64,000 bases of DNA, taken from Gammaproteobacteria bacterium (lineage in GTDB: Bacteria > Pseudomonadota > Gammaproteobacteria > JBCCGL01). How positions within the stretch are numbered: position 1 is the stretch's first letter; each line of letters starts with the position of its first letter. A model generated the notes under the pieces. It did not search any database, was not told where the DNA came from, and worked only from the letters and a program-made list of their open reading frames with translations. Position numbers and translations under genes: made by a program. The stretch spans positions 992,001 through 1,056,000 of the forward strand of contig OZ255836.1 of assembly GCA_965277715.1 (NCBI GenBank), given 5' to 3'. Positions 55,584 through 64,000 of this stretch are shown one piece after another.

Positions 55584-58500
55584 GGCTGCTGAAAATGAAG
55601 ACTATGTCACAACATACCGAGTGGCTCTCAATGATCGAAGTGTCCGGCCCTTTTCTGGCCGTATCCGTACTGGAGAAGATTTTTCCACAGGGACTTGAGT
55701 CACTGGAAACATACAGAAAGAAACGCATCCGTTCAGCATACGAGGAATGGCGTGATGCCGTCGAGGACGACGATCCCCAGCTTTCCGAGCTGCACCGGGC
55801 TTGGATCGGGCTGGTGCTCGAAGAACTGCTGGAATACGAGGATTCGGTACTCGAAGCCGCATCCGATGAATTTACCTACAAGTCTCCGGATGGAGATGGC
55901 CAGCTTGAGCCCGACTTTGTCTTGAGGGGCGACGGCGGCAGTGCCCCGATGTTGTTCGTATCGATCATGCCCGAGGGCACGGATCTGGAAAAGGTGAAGG
56001 TCGGAGACGGCTGGCCGGTTCCAGTTTTCGAACGAATGACCCTGCTGTGCCGGGACAAGGGAGTCCGGCTCGGACTCGTTACCAATGGCGAACGCTGGAT
56101 GCTGGTGAACGCCCCGGTGGGCAGCACCTCTTCCCATGTATCTTGGTACGCCCGTCTCTGGTTTCAGGAGCCGGTGACCTTGAAAGCGTTTCAGTCCTTA
56201 TTGGGCGTGCGGCGCTGGTTCGGCCCTGAAGAGGAGATCCTTCCTGTCATATTGGAAGATTCTCTCCAGCACCACGAAGAAGTGACGGATACCCTCGGCG
56301 AACAGGTCAAGCGTGCCGTCGAGGTGCTGGTGCAATGTCTGGACAAGGCCGATCAGGACAGAAACCGGGAGCTTTTGCATGACGTTCCTCCAGCCGAACT
56401 CTACGAAGCGGGATTGACGGTGATGATGCGACTGGTGTTCGTTCTTTGTGCCGAGGAACGTGGACTCATGCTTCTTGGGGATCAGGTCTACGATCAATTT
56501 TATGCAATTGTCACACTGAGAGATCAGCTTGACGAAGAACGCGTTCAGCATGGTGATGAAATTCTGGAAAGACGGCACGATGCCTGGACCCGGCTGCTTG
56601 CCGTGTTCAGGGCTGTCTATGGCGGCATAGAGCATGAATCTCTGCGGATGCCCGCACTGGGTGGATCGCTTTTCGACCCGGACCGTTTTCCGTTTCTGGA
56701 AGGCCGTGACAAAGGAACACACTGGCAGGAAACACCTGCACAACCTCTTCCGATAGATAACCGAACCGTATTGCTGCTGCTCGAAGCGTTGCAGGTATTG
56801 GAACAACGCGGCGGAGCGCTGCTGCTTTCCTACAAGGCACTGGATGTCGAGCAGATCGGCCATGTTTACGAAGGTCTGTTGGAACATACCGTTCGCAGGC
56901 TGAAAAAAGACACGCTCGGACTGATCGGCTCCCAGAAAGCCAAGAACCCGAACATCGCGTTGGCCGAACTCGAATCGGCTCGGCTGGATGGTGAAGACGC
57001 GCTGATATCCATCGTGGAGACAACCACATCCAGAAGCAAGAGCGCCATAACCAATGCGCTTGCCAAGGAAGTGGACGATGCCACCTTCGGCAGGATCGTC
57101 ACGGTCTGCGGTGGTGACATGGAACTGGCGGCTCGTCTGAAACCCTTCGCCCATCTGCTTCGAAGCGATGCATGGGGAGACTTCATCGTTTATCGTGCCC
57201 ATTCCTTTGCCGTCACCCTCGGTGCCGACAGGCGGGAAACCGGCACGCACTACACACCTAAATCCCTGACGGAAAGCATCGTCGAAACCACCCTCGAACC
57301 GGTGGCCTATGTCGGCCCGGCAGAAGGTAAGCCGCGTGAAGAGTGGCAGCTGAAGTCCTCACCCGAACTGCTGGAATTGAAAATCTGTGACCCTGCCATG
57401 GGCTCCGGAGCCTTTCTCGTTCAGGTCTGCCGCTGGCTGTCCGAACGTTTGGTCGAAGCGTGGGGCAAGGATGCGGGTCAGGGAAAATTCATCACCGTGG
57501 ATGGTGTCGTTCTGAAGTCGACAGGCAGCGCCGAACCGATGCCCGACTCGCTGGACGAACGCTTGTTGATCGCCCGGCGTCTGGTGGCGGAAAAATGTTT
57601 GTATGGTGTCGACCTCAATCCATTGGCCGTGGAACTGGCAAAGCTCTCTATTTGGCTGATCACGCTGGCCAAGGGCAGACCCTTCGGCTTTCTCGACCAC
57701 AACCTGCGCTCCGGCGACAGCCTGCTCGGACTGCACAAGCTGGAACAGTTGACCAAGTTTTCACTACACCCGGAAAAGAAGAAGACCATATCCATGTTCG
57801 CTTCCAATATCGAAGCGGCGGTCACTGATGCACTCACGCTCCGCAAACAGCTCCGTGAGACCCCGATTCGGGATATCCGGGACGTTCAATACATGGAGCG
57901 GCTGGACCAAGAGGCCCGGCAGAAGCTTGAACATATCGAACACATTGCCGATGCCATGATCGGTGAAGCCTTGGCTACCGGTGGCAATCAGCGAGCGCTA
58001 GATACCGCCATGGACAACCTGTCCACATGGGCGGCCGCCTATATCGAAGGCGACAACGAGACCGGACGAAAGATCATTGCCGAGGCGAGAAATTCACTGT
58101 CCATTGATCTTCCGGCAGGTAAACCGCCAAGGAAACCTTTTCATTGGGCCTTGGAATTTCCCGAGGTATTCGGACAAGGTGGATTTGATGGGATTGTCGG
58201 GAATCCACCATTTATGGGAGGGCAAAAAATAACTGGTGCGTTAGGCACTTGCTATCGGGATTATCTGGTTGAGCAAATAGCCGAAGGTAGGTGCGGCTCA
58301 GCGGATTTTGTTGCCTATTTTTTCATTCGGGCCAACATCATTCTCGTGCCCAATGGCACCTTTGGCTTGATCGCGGTCAACACTATAGGAGAGGGAAACA
58401 CTCGAAAGGTTGGGCTTGATTCAATTCTCGCTTCTGGATCATCAATTTACAATGCAACTCCGAATGTCGTTTGGCCGGGGAAAGCGAATGTCGTTACCAG

Positions 58501-59761
58501 TAGTGTGCATGTTACAAAATGCGAATGGAATGGCGCTAAATATATCAATCAGAATGAAGTCGAAACAATAAGCTCAGCATTGACCCAAAGAGAATATTGG
58601 CACCCCGTTAAACCGCTTCGAAATCAAGGTTTAGTTTTTCAAGGTGCCATTATCTTAGGAGATGGTTTCCTCGTTCATGGGGATACATTTGCAGAATGGG
58701 AAACAGAACATGATCCATCTTGCAAAGTAGTTTTTGACTACCTAATTGGCAAAGAGATCAACCAATCCCCAACCCATCAACCTGATAGAAAGGTTATAAA
58801 TTTCTTTGATTGGTCAGAGAAGAAAGCTCATGCATTCAGCTCGGCTTTCCAATGGATAGAGAAAAACGTTAGACCTGAACGCCAGAGGTTGAATGAAAAA
58901 GGCCAATTTGCTTTGCTAAAACCTTTGCCTCAAAGATGGTGGCAATACGGGAGAAAACGTCCTACATTATTCCATGCAATTGGTCGTGGCCACAGCTTTG
59001 AAAAGCACCCTGCAGGCTGGGATGATCATCAAGAACCATTAGAACGTGTCATCGTCTTTGCAAGAGCCGCCACAAAATATCCATGCTTCACGTTTGTTCC
59101 TAACACCTATATATACGCTGACTCCACTTGTGTAATAGCAAGCCAGAGCTTTTCGTTGTTTACAGTCCTTTCGTCGGATATCCACACAGTTTGGGCTTGG
59201 GAGTACTGCTCAAAAATGAAGCAGGATATGCGTTATACACATGGCGATATTTTTGAAACGTTCCCTTTTCCAATGGGAGTACTTGATGCTGGCAATGAAA
59301 CCTTATCTGAGCTTGGAGAACAGTTTTTCAATTTACGTTCACAATACATGCAAGCCAACGACAAAGGCATGACTAAATTTTACAATGATTTTCATGACCC
59401 TGAAAATGTAACAGATGAGATAAAAGAACTTCGAGATATACAAGTTAGAATAAACGAAGCTGTTCTTAGTGTGTATGGAATGGATGCGCTCAATCTATGC
59501 CAAGGATTTCATGAAGTAGCATACTTGCCGGAAGGAAAAAATACCCGTTTCACTGTGAGCGAAGAAGCTCGTGAGAATCTTTTACACAGTTTAGCGAAGG
59601 TGAATAAGGAACTCTACGAGGAAGAGGTCGCTCAAGGGCTGCATGACAAAAAGAAAAAGAAGACCTCGACTCCCCGCAAAAAGAAAACATCCCCGGCCAA
59701 AGACGGTAGCAATTTGGATCTGTTCAATTTCATGAACGTCTTCGCGAAGGGGGCGAAATGA
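55580..59761 (+). CDS. drmMI: DISARM adenine methyltransferase DrmMI (type IIL/Eco57I-like); true start may be a few codons downstream
   Basis: LVTNGERW, GGSLFDP, GTHYTP, DPAMGSGAFL, YGVDLNP, VGNPPF. Confidence 0.85.
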   Translation: MRLLKMKTMSQHTEWLSMIEVSGPFLAVSVLEKIFPQGLESLETYRKKRIRSAYEEWRDAVEDDDPQLSELHRAWIGLVLEELLEYEDSVLEAASDEFTYKSPDGDGQLEPDFVLRGDGGSAPMLFVSIMPEGTDLEKVKVGDGWPVPVFERMTLLCRDKGVRLGLVTNGERWMLVNAPVGSTSSHVSWYARLWFQEPVTLKAFQSLLGVRRWFGPEEEILPVILEDSLQHHEEVTDTLGEQVKRAVEVLVQCLDKADQDRNRELLHDVPPAELYEAGLTVMMRLVFVLCAEERGLMLLGDQVYDQFYAIVTLRDQLDEERVQHGDEILERRHDAWTRLLAVFRAVYGGIEHESLRMPALGGSLFDPDRFPFLEGRDKGTHWQETPAQPLPIDNRTVLLLLEALQVLEQRGGALLLSYKALDVEQIGHVYEGLLEHTVRRLKKDTLGLIGSQKAKNPNIALAELESARLDGEDALISIVETTTSRSKSAITNALAKEVDDATFGRIVTVCGGDMELAARLKPFAHLLRSDAWGDFIVYRAHSFAVTLGADRRETGTHYTPKSLTESIVETTLEPVAYVGPAEGKPREEWQLKSSPELLELKICDPAMGSGAFLVQVCRWLSERLVEAWGKDAGQGKFITVDGVVLKSTGSAEPMPDSLDERLLIARRLVAEKCLYGVDLNPLAVELAKLSIWLITLAKGRPFGFLDHNLRSGDSLLGLHKLEQLTKFSLHPEKKKTISMFASNIEAAVTDALTLRKQLRETPIRDIRDVQYMERLDQEARQKLEHIEHIADAMIGEALATGGNQRALDTAMDNLSTWAAAYIEGDNETGRKIIAEARNSLSIDLPAGKPPRKPFHWALEFPEVFGQGGFDGIVGNPPFMGGQKITGALGTCYRDYLVEQIAEGRCGSADFVAYFFIRANIILVPNGTFGLIAVNTIGEGNTRKVGLDSILASGSSIYNATPNVVWPGKANVVTSSVHVTKCEWNGAKYINQNEVETISSALTQREYWHPVKPLRNQGLVFQGAIILGDGFLVHGDTFAEWETEHDPSCKVVFDYLIGKEINQSPTHQPDRKVINFFDWSEKKAHAFSSAFQWIEKNVRPERQRLNEKGQFALLKPLPQRWWQYGRKRPTLFHAIGRGHSFEKHPAGWDDHQEPLERVIVFARAATKYPCFTFVPNTYIYADSTCVIASQSFSLFTVLSSDIHTVWAWEYCSKMKQDMRYTHGDIFETFPFPMGVLDAGNETLSELGEQFFNLRSQYMQANDKGMTKFYNDFHDPENVTDEIKELRDIQVRINEAVLSVYGMDALNLCQGFHEVAYLPEGKNTRFTVSEEARENLLHSLAKVNKELYEEEVAQGLHDKKKKKTSTPRKKKTSPAKDGSNLDLFNFMNVFAKGAK

Positions 59762-59776
59762 TATGGAGGCTCGTAA

Positions 59777-62700
59777 ATGACTGACAACGACAATGTGAAT
59801 CCCGAACAAACCCCGCCGGTGACTTCGGGAAGATATAACAACGCATGGCTGGTGAGGTTCGGTGAGGCAGCCCGCTTGGATGGCTATGTCCTTACCATCG
59901 ACCTCGGCTCTTCCAGCTTGCGCGGTATCCAGACGGAAGACGCCATGCTGGTCACCGAAAAGCGTGACGGTCAGTACACCGTGATCGGTGTAGGTCGGGT
60001 ATTCAGGAAGCGCTACTCGCTGGAAGATACTTCATTCTATTTCGATGGTTATCTACCGGCAACACCGAACGCCACACTGGACGAACTGACCATTCCCGTA
60101 CCGGAAAACAAGGCACCGATCAACAGACTGGATTGGGCGCTGTTCGAGAAGGCCCTGAAAACGACCACTGGTGTTAGCTGGGCGGTATTCCCCGTGGTTT
60201 CGGGAGATTCATCCAGCGAACAGGCATACGTTCGGGAGTTGATGCAAGCGGCCATGATCGACGACCTTCTGGGACCCGCCGACGGCCCAGTCGAGGAGAT
60301 CATCGGTATGAGCGTTCGTGATCGCTATCTGGTCGGTAAGCTGGCTCCGCAAAATGCGGTCATTACCGAAGAGGACGAATTGCCCGGAGCCGGAGCCGAA
60401 GACGAGCAGGAAGGCACACGAGAGGTGGATGCCTCGACCAACCAGTCGCTTGTACCCTCGTCCTTGGGCTTCACGTTTTGCGTGGATTCCACGGTGGACA
60501 AGGTGGAACTTATCGCCAACTGGGGGCGCTACGAAAGGACGGAGAGCGAGCGGATCAACGAGGCCAACGACAAGCCTTTACGCTGCTGGAAGCGTATCCC
60601 GTCCGGCGGTTCTGTCATCATTCCTATGAACAAACGGAAAATCGAACCGCTCGTCATCGACAACCAGTGCCCGGAGGTTCTGGTGCAGGGCTCCATCAGC
60701 CCGCCTCTGGATAACGGAGATCGGCTGGTGACGCTGTTTTTCATCAACAACCAGTCCATGCCGGAACAGAATCAGGATCAGGCATGGGTTTTCCAACCGG
60801 AACTGATCGTCCGGGACCCGGAAAAACGCTCCATCTTCAGACGGCGACCGGTACTGGATTCCGATGGCGGTGATGCCGAGCGTGAAGCGTTGGAAATGAT
60901 TTACAGAAAACAGGTCGAGTTCGCGGTCGGTCACGGGGTATCCGTCCATGCGACCACGGCCGAAAACGATACGGAACACGCCGTCGAGATCAGAACTGCC
61001 ATTTTACCGGAATACGAAGTGCCGGTCACCGAAACGCCGGGGCTTGCAGAAGAAGACCGTCCGGGCATGAAGCGCATGATTGCCGAAGGGTTTCTCGACA
61101 TGGAAAACCTCGCGCAATTGGACAAAGAAGCCCTCGTCGCAGGATTGAAGATATTGACCGAGGATTACGCCCTCTGGATAACCGAACAACGGGAACGTAT
61201 CGGCAAGGATGTTCTCGGATACGACGGTGCCGCATCGGCGGCCATGGATCGTTGCGCACAGATCCTCTATCGTCTGGAAGAAGGTATAGGTTCTTTGGAA
61301 ACGAACGAGCACGCTCTCGAGGCTTTCCGTTTTGCCAACCGTGCCATGGCGTTGCAACGTATCCGCAGTATATACGCATTGAGCAAGAGGCGTGGTGACG
61401 ATCCTGACATCGATGACTTGAACGTTCGAAAGAACCGCTCGTGGAGACCGTTCCAGCTGGCCTTCATGCTACTGTCGTTGCCAGCCTTGGCCGATCCGGA
61501 GCACAAGGACAGAACCGAGCCGCTCGAAGCCTATGCCGACCTTCTCTGGTTTCCCACCGGTGGTGGTAAGACCGAGGCGTATCTGGGCGTGGCAGCCTTC
61601 ACCATGGCTATAAGAAGGTTGCAGGGTGATCTGGGCGGTCTGGATGGTACGTGCGGCCTCGCCGTGATCATGAGATACACCCTCCGCCTGTTGACCCTTC
61701 AGCAGTTTCAGCGTGCGACTACCCTGATCTGTGCCTTGGAATCGATGCGTCGTGAAGATCCCAAGAAATGGGGAAAGACTCCTTTCACCATCGGCCTCTG
61801 GGTCGGTAACCGGGTCACTCCCGGAAGCACAGAGGAAGCACATACGGCCATTCAGAGTTTCAGGAATGGGAAGCGTCACGGCAGCAATTCTCCGGCCCAG
61901 TTGACCACGTGTCCGTGGTGTGGTGCCGAGATTGCCGAAGGCCGGGACATCGAAGTGAAAAAGGATATCGGACGGACCTTCATCTATTGCGGCGACAAGT
62001 TCGGACGCTGTGATTTCGGCAGAAGCAAGTCCAAGGATATGGGAATCCCCGTTCTGGTGGTGGACGAAGAAATTTACAGACAACCTCCGACCATGTTGAT
62101 CGCCACGGTGGACAAGTTCGCCATGATGGCGTGGCGCGGACAGGTGCGAACGCTCTTTGGCCGGGCCACTCAGGAATGCGGCCGACATGGTCTACTCTGG
62201 CCCAATGCGGATTGTACCGGTAATCACAACGCCAAGGGCAGTCTTCCCAAGGTCACGGTGAAAGACATCACGCCGATTCGACCACCGGATCTAATCATTC
62301 AGGACGAGTTCCATCTCATCAGCGGCCCGCTGGGAACGATGGTCGGGCTTTACGAGACAGCCGTGGATGAACTCTCCACTTGGCAGGTCGGTGGTAAGTC
62401 GATCCGGCCCAAGGTCATCGCCTCGACGGCCACCGTGCGCAAGGCCGTCGAGCAGGTCAACAACGTGTTTTTGAGACAGGTGGCGGTCTTTCCACCCCAC
62501 GGGCTGGATGTGGAGGACAACTTCTTCTCGGTCCAGCGCCCTATCGAGGAAAGACCGGGCCGTCGATACATGGGGATCTGTTCCCCGGGAAGCTCGCGTC
62601 CGGCGGTATTGATTCGTGTCTACGTGGCTATGTTGACAGCCGCGCAGTCACTTTTCGAACGGTTCGGTCAGGTCGCAGACCCGTACATGACAGTTGTCGG

Positions 62701-63685
62701 CTATTTCAATTCACTGCGGGAACTCGGGGGCATGAGACGCCTTGCCGAGGATGACGTCCAGACCCGTGCCTACAGGGTGCAGATGAGCGATGTCAGCCGA
62801 CCGGGGCTGGAGCAGCGGTCGGTCAGGAACGTGGACGAGTTGACCTCCCGTGTGTCGAGCAAGGATATCCCTAAAAAACTGGATCAGCTGGAAGTGAAGT
62901 TCAACGCCACTCTGGAAAACGGTAAATACGTCACCAAGTGGGAAAAAGGTGAAACCCGTGCCATCGATATTGTTCTGGCCACCAACATGCTTTCGGTGGG
63001 TGTGGACGTGAATCGTCTGGGAATCATGGCCGTGAACGGTCAGCCGAAAAATACGGCGGAATACATTCAGGCAACGAGCCGTGTCGGGCGTCAGTTCCCG
63101 GGACTCGTTTGCACAGTGTTGACATGGTCCAGACCGCGTGACCTCTCGCACTACGAAACGTTCGAGCATTATCATGCCACCTTCTACAAGCACGTCGAGG
63201 CTCAATCGGTCACACCTTTCGCTCCGAGAGCGCTCGACCGTGGATTGACGGGTACGCTGGTCAGCCTAATGCGGCTGGGGCACGCCCCGTTAAACCCGAA
63301 CCTCGGGGCCATGGCACTCGACAACGTGGCTTCTCCCGAATTGAAAAGCGCCAAGGGGAGCCTCACCAACAGAGCCTGGAAAGCGACCAGCAAGAAGGTC
63401 ATCAAGGACAACGCCGAAGTGATGATTTCCGATCGCTCGGATCGTTGGGTGAAGGAAGCCGGGAAAGCCGGAAGGCGTTTGGGCTATGAAACCGAAAGAC
63501 GGCAAGGTGACGTGGCGGCACTGTTGAAAAAACCGGGCGTGGCCGCGTGGGACGAATTCACCGTGCCCATGTCGATGCGTGAAGTGGAACCAGGTGTGAA
63601 ACTGATTATGGATATTGCGACTCTGCCGGAGCCTCCGGCTTGGCGAATGAGAAGGACGGATGATAATGACGGAGGTGAAGCATGA
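59777..63685 (+). CDS. drmA: DISARM SF2 helicase DrmA with N-terminal extension
   Basis: DDLLGP, WRPFQLAF, FPTGGGKT, YTLRLLT-QQF, QDEFH, STAT, ATNMLSVGVD, QATSRVGR. Confidence 0.9.
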   Translation: MTDNDNVNPEQTPPVTSGRYNNAWLVRFGEAARLDGYVLTIDLGSSSLRGIQTEDAMLVTEKRDGQYTVIGVGRVFRKRYSLEDTSFYFDGYLPATPNATLDELTIPVPENKAPINRLDWALFEKALKTTTGVSWAVFPVVSGDSSSEQAYVRELMQAAMIDDLLGPADGPVEEIIGMSVRDRYLVGKLAPQNAVITEEDELPGAGAEDEQEGTREVDASTNQSLVPSSLGFTFCVDSTVDKVELIANWGRYERTESERINEANDKPLRCWKRIPSGGSVIIPMNKRKIEPLVIDNQCPEVLVQGSISPPLDNGDRLVTLFFINNQSMPEQNQDQAWVFQPELIVRDPEKRSIFRRRPVLDSDGGDAEREALEMIYRKQVEFAVGHGVSVHATTAENDTEHAVEIRTAILPEYEVPVTETPGLAEEDRPGMKRMIAEGFLDMENLAQLDKEALVAGLKILTEDYALWITEQRERIGKDVLGYDGAASAAMDRCAQILYRLEEGIGSLETNEHALEAFRFANRAMALQRIRSIYALSKRRGDDPDIDDLNVRKNRSWRPFQLAFMLLSLPALADPEHKDRTEPLEAYADLLWFPTGGGKTEAYLGVAAFTMAIRRLQGDLGGLDGTCGLAVIMRYTLRLLTLQQFQRATTLICALESMRREDPKKWGKTPFTIGLWVGNRVTPGSTEEAHTAIQSFRNGKRHGSNSPAQLTTCPWCGAEIAEGRDIEVKKDIGRTFIYCGDKFGRCDFGRSKSKDMGIPVLVVDEEIYRQPPTMLIATVDKFAMMAWRGQVRTLFGRATQECGRHGLLWPNADCTGNHNAKGSLPKVTVKDITPIRPPDLIIQDEFHLISGPLGTMVGLYETAVDELSTWQVGGKSIRPKVIASTATVRKAVEQVNNVFLRQVAVFPPHGLDVEDNFFSVQRPIEERPGRRYMGICSPGSSRPAVLIRVYVAMLTAAQSLFERFGQVADPYMTVVGYFNSLRELGGMRRLAEDDVQTRAYRVQMSDVSRPGLEQRSVRNVDELTSRVSSKDIPKKLDQLEVKFNATLENGKYVTKWEKGETRAIDIVLATNMLSVGVDVNRLGIMAVNGQPKNTAEYIQATSRVGRQFPGLVCTVLTWSRPRDLSHYETFEHYHATFYKHVEAQSVTPFAPRALDRGLTGTLVSLMRLGHAPLNPNLGAMALDNVASPELKSAKGSLTNRAWKATSKKVIKDNAEVMISDRSDRWVKEAGKAGRRLGYETERRQGDVAALLKKPGVAAWDEFTVPMSMREVEPGVKLIMDIATLPEPPAWRMRRTDDNDGGEA

Positions 63686-64000
63686 GTACTCATCCAGTTG
63701 GTGAAGTGAGGCCAAGCCAGCTGTTGTGGACCTATGGACCGGGTGCGTTGATCGACTTACCCAACCTGTCCGTGATCACTATGGGGTTGGATAGATGGGA
63801 TATCGACCGGTGTCCTCCCGTAGAGGAAGCCCGATTGCTGGCTGCCGTGCGTCGGGTGCTTGGTCCGCAGGTAACTCATCTGCGAATTCCACCATTCTTG
63901 AATGATGAAGGCGCGAGCCCGTTTTCCGCCGAAGGTAAGGTCGGCGTTCCGGTCAGACCGTTTCCACGTTGGCTTCGTTGTGTGAAGTGCGGCCTTCTGG
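63682..64000 (+). CDS. drmB: DISARM DrmB (DUF1998 protein), N-terminal part, runs off window
   Basis: MSTHPVGEVRPSQLLWTYGPGALIDLP...PFPRWLRCVKCG; GGAGG RBS and ATGA overlap with drmA; absent from the ORF track. Confidence 0.88.
   Translation, partial: MSTHPVGEVRPSQLLWTYGPGALIDLPNLSVITMGLDRWDIDRCPPVEEARLLAAVRRVLGPQVTHLRIPPFLNDEGASPFSAEGKVGVPVRPFPRWLRCVKCGLL

Larger units (their letters stand above)
49493..64000 (+). mobile_element. Genomic island at the tmRNA 3' end (defence island; no integrase in window; continues past the end)
   Basis: Abrupt change in sequence style and gene content after ssrA; all genes on +; truncated first gene; HTH, methyltransferases, helicases. Confidence 0.8.

Overview
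Gammaproteobacterial chromosome segment that appears to span the replication terminus. A near-consensus dif site lies at 9202-9229, and gene orientation flips from mostly + to mostly - around it. The left part is core genome: lolD', DUF2062, comEC-exbB-exbD-msbA-lpxK-kdsB-nudF, a decayed vapBC pair, an exported thioredoxin/DUF255 fusion, pilZ-holB-tmk-mltG-fabF-acpP-fabG-fabD-dapB, ligA-zipA-smc and cysZ. The middle holds a methylamine (N-methylglutamate pathway) cluster: mgsABC-gmaS, a second divergent type III glutamine-synthetase paralog, an Amt with an altered pore plus an unannotated 55-aa membrane peptide, and a PhyH-type dioxygenase. Next come a flavodoxin, a four-gene TelA/XpaC-like/SBP-VWA/mini-VWA operon, an orphan msrP, purL and an acyl-CoA dehydrogenase. 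After tmRNA (49121-49492) begins a foreign, integrase-less island with a truncated amidotransferase, a GGCT and a class 1 DISARM-type locus (drmD-drmMI-drmA-drmB, running off the end). That locus also carries an HTH regulator, a C5 methyltransferase and an extra N-terminal domain on DrmA. All calls come from motif recognition by eye; no database searches were run.
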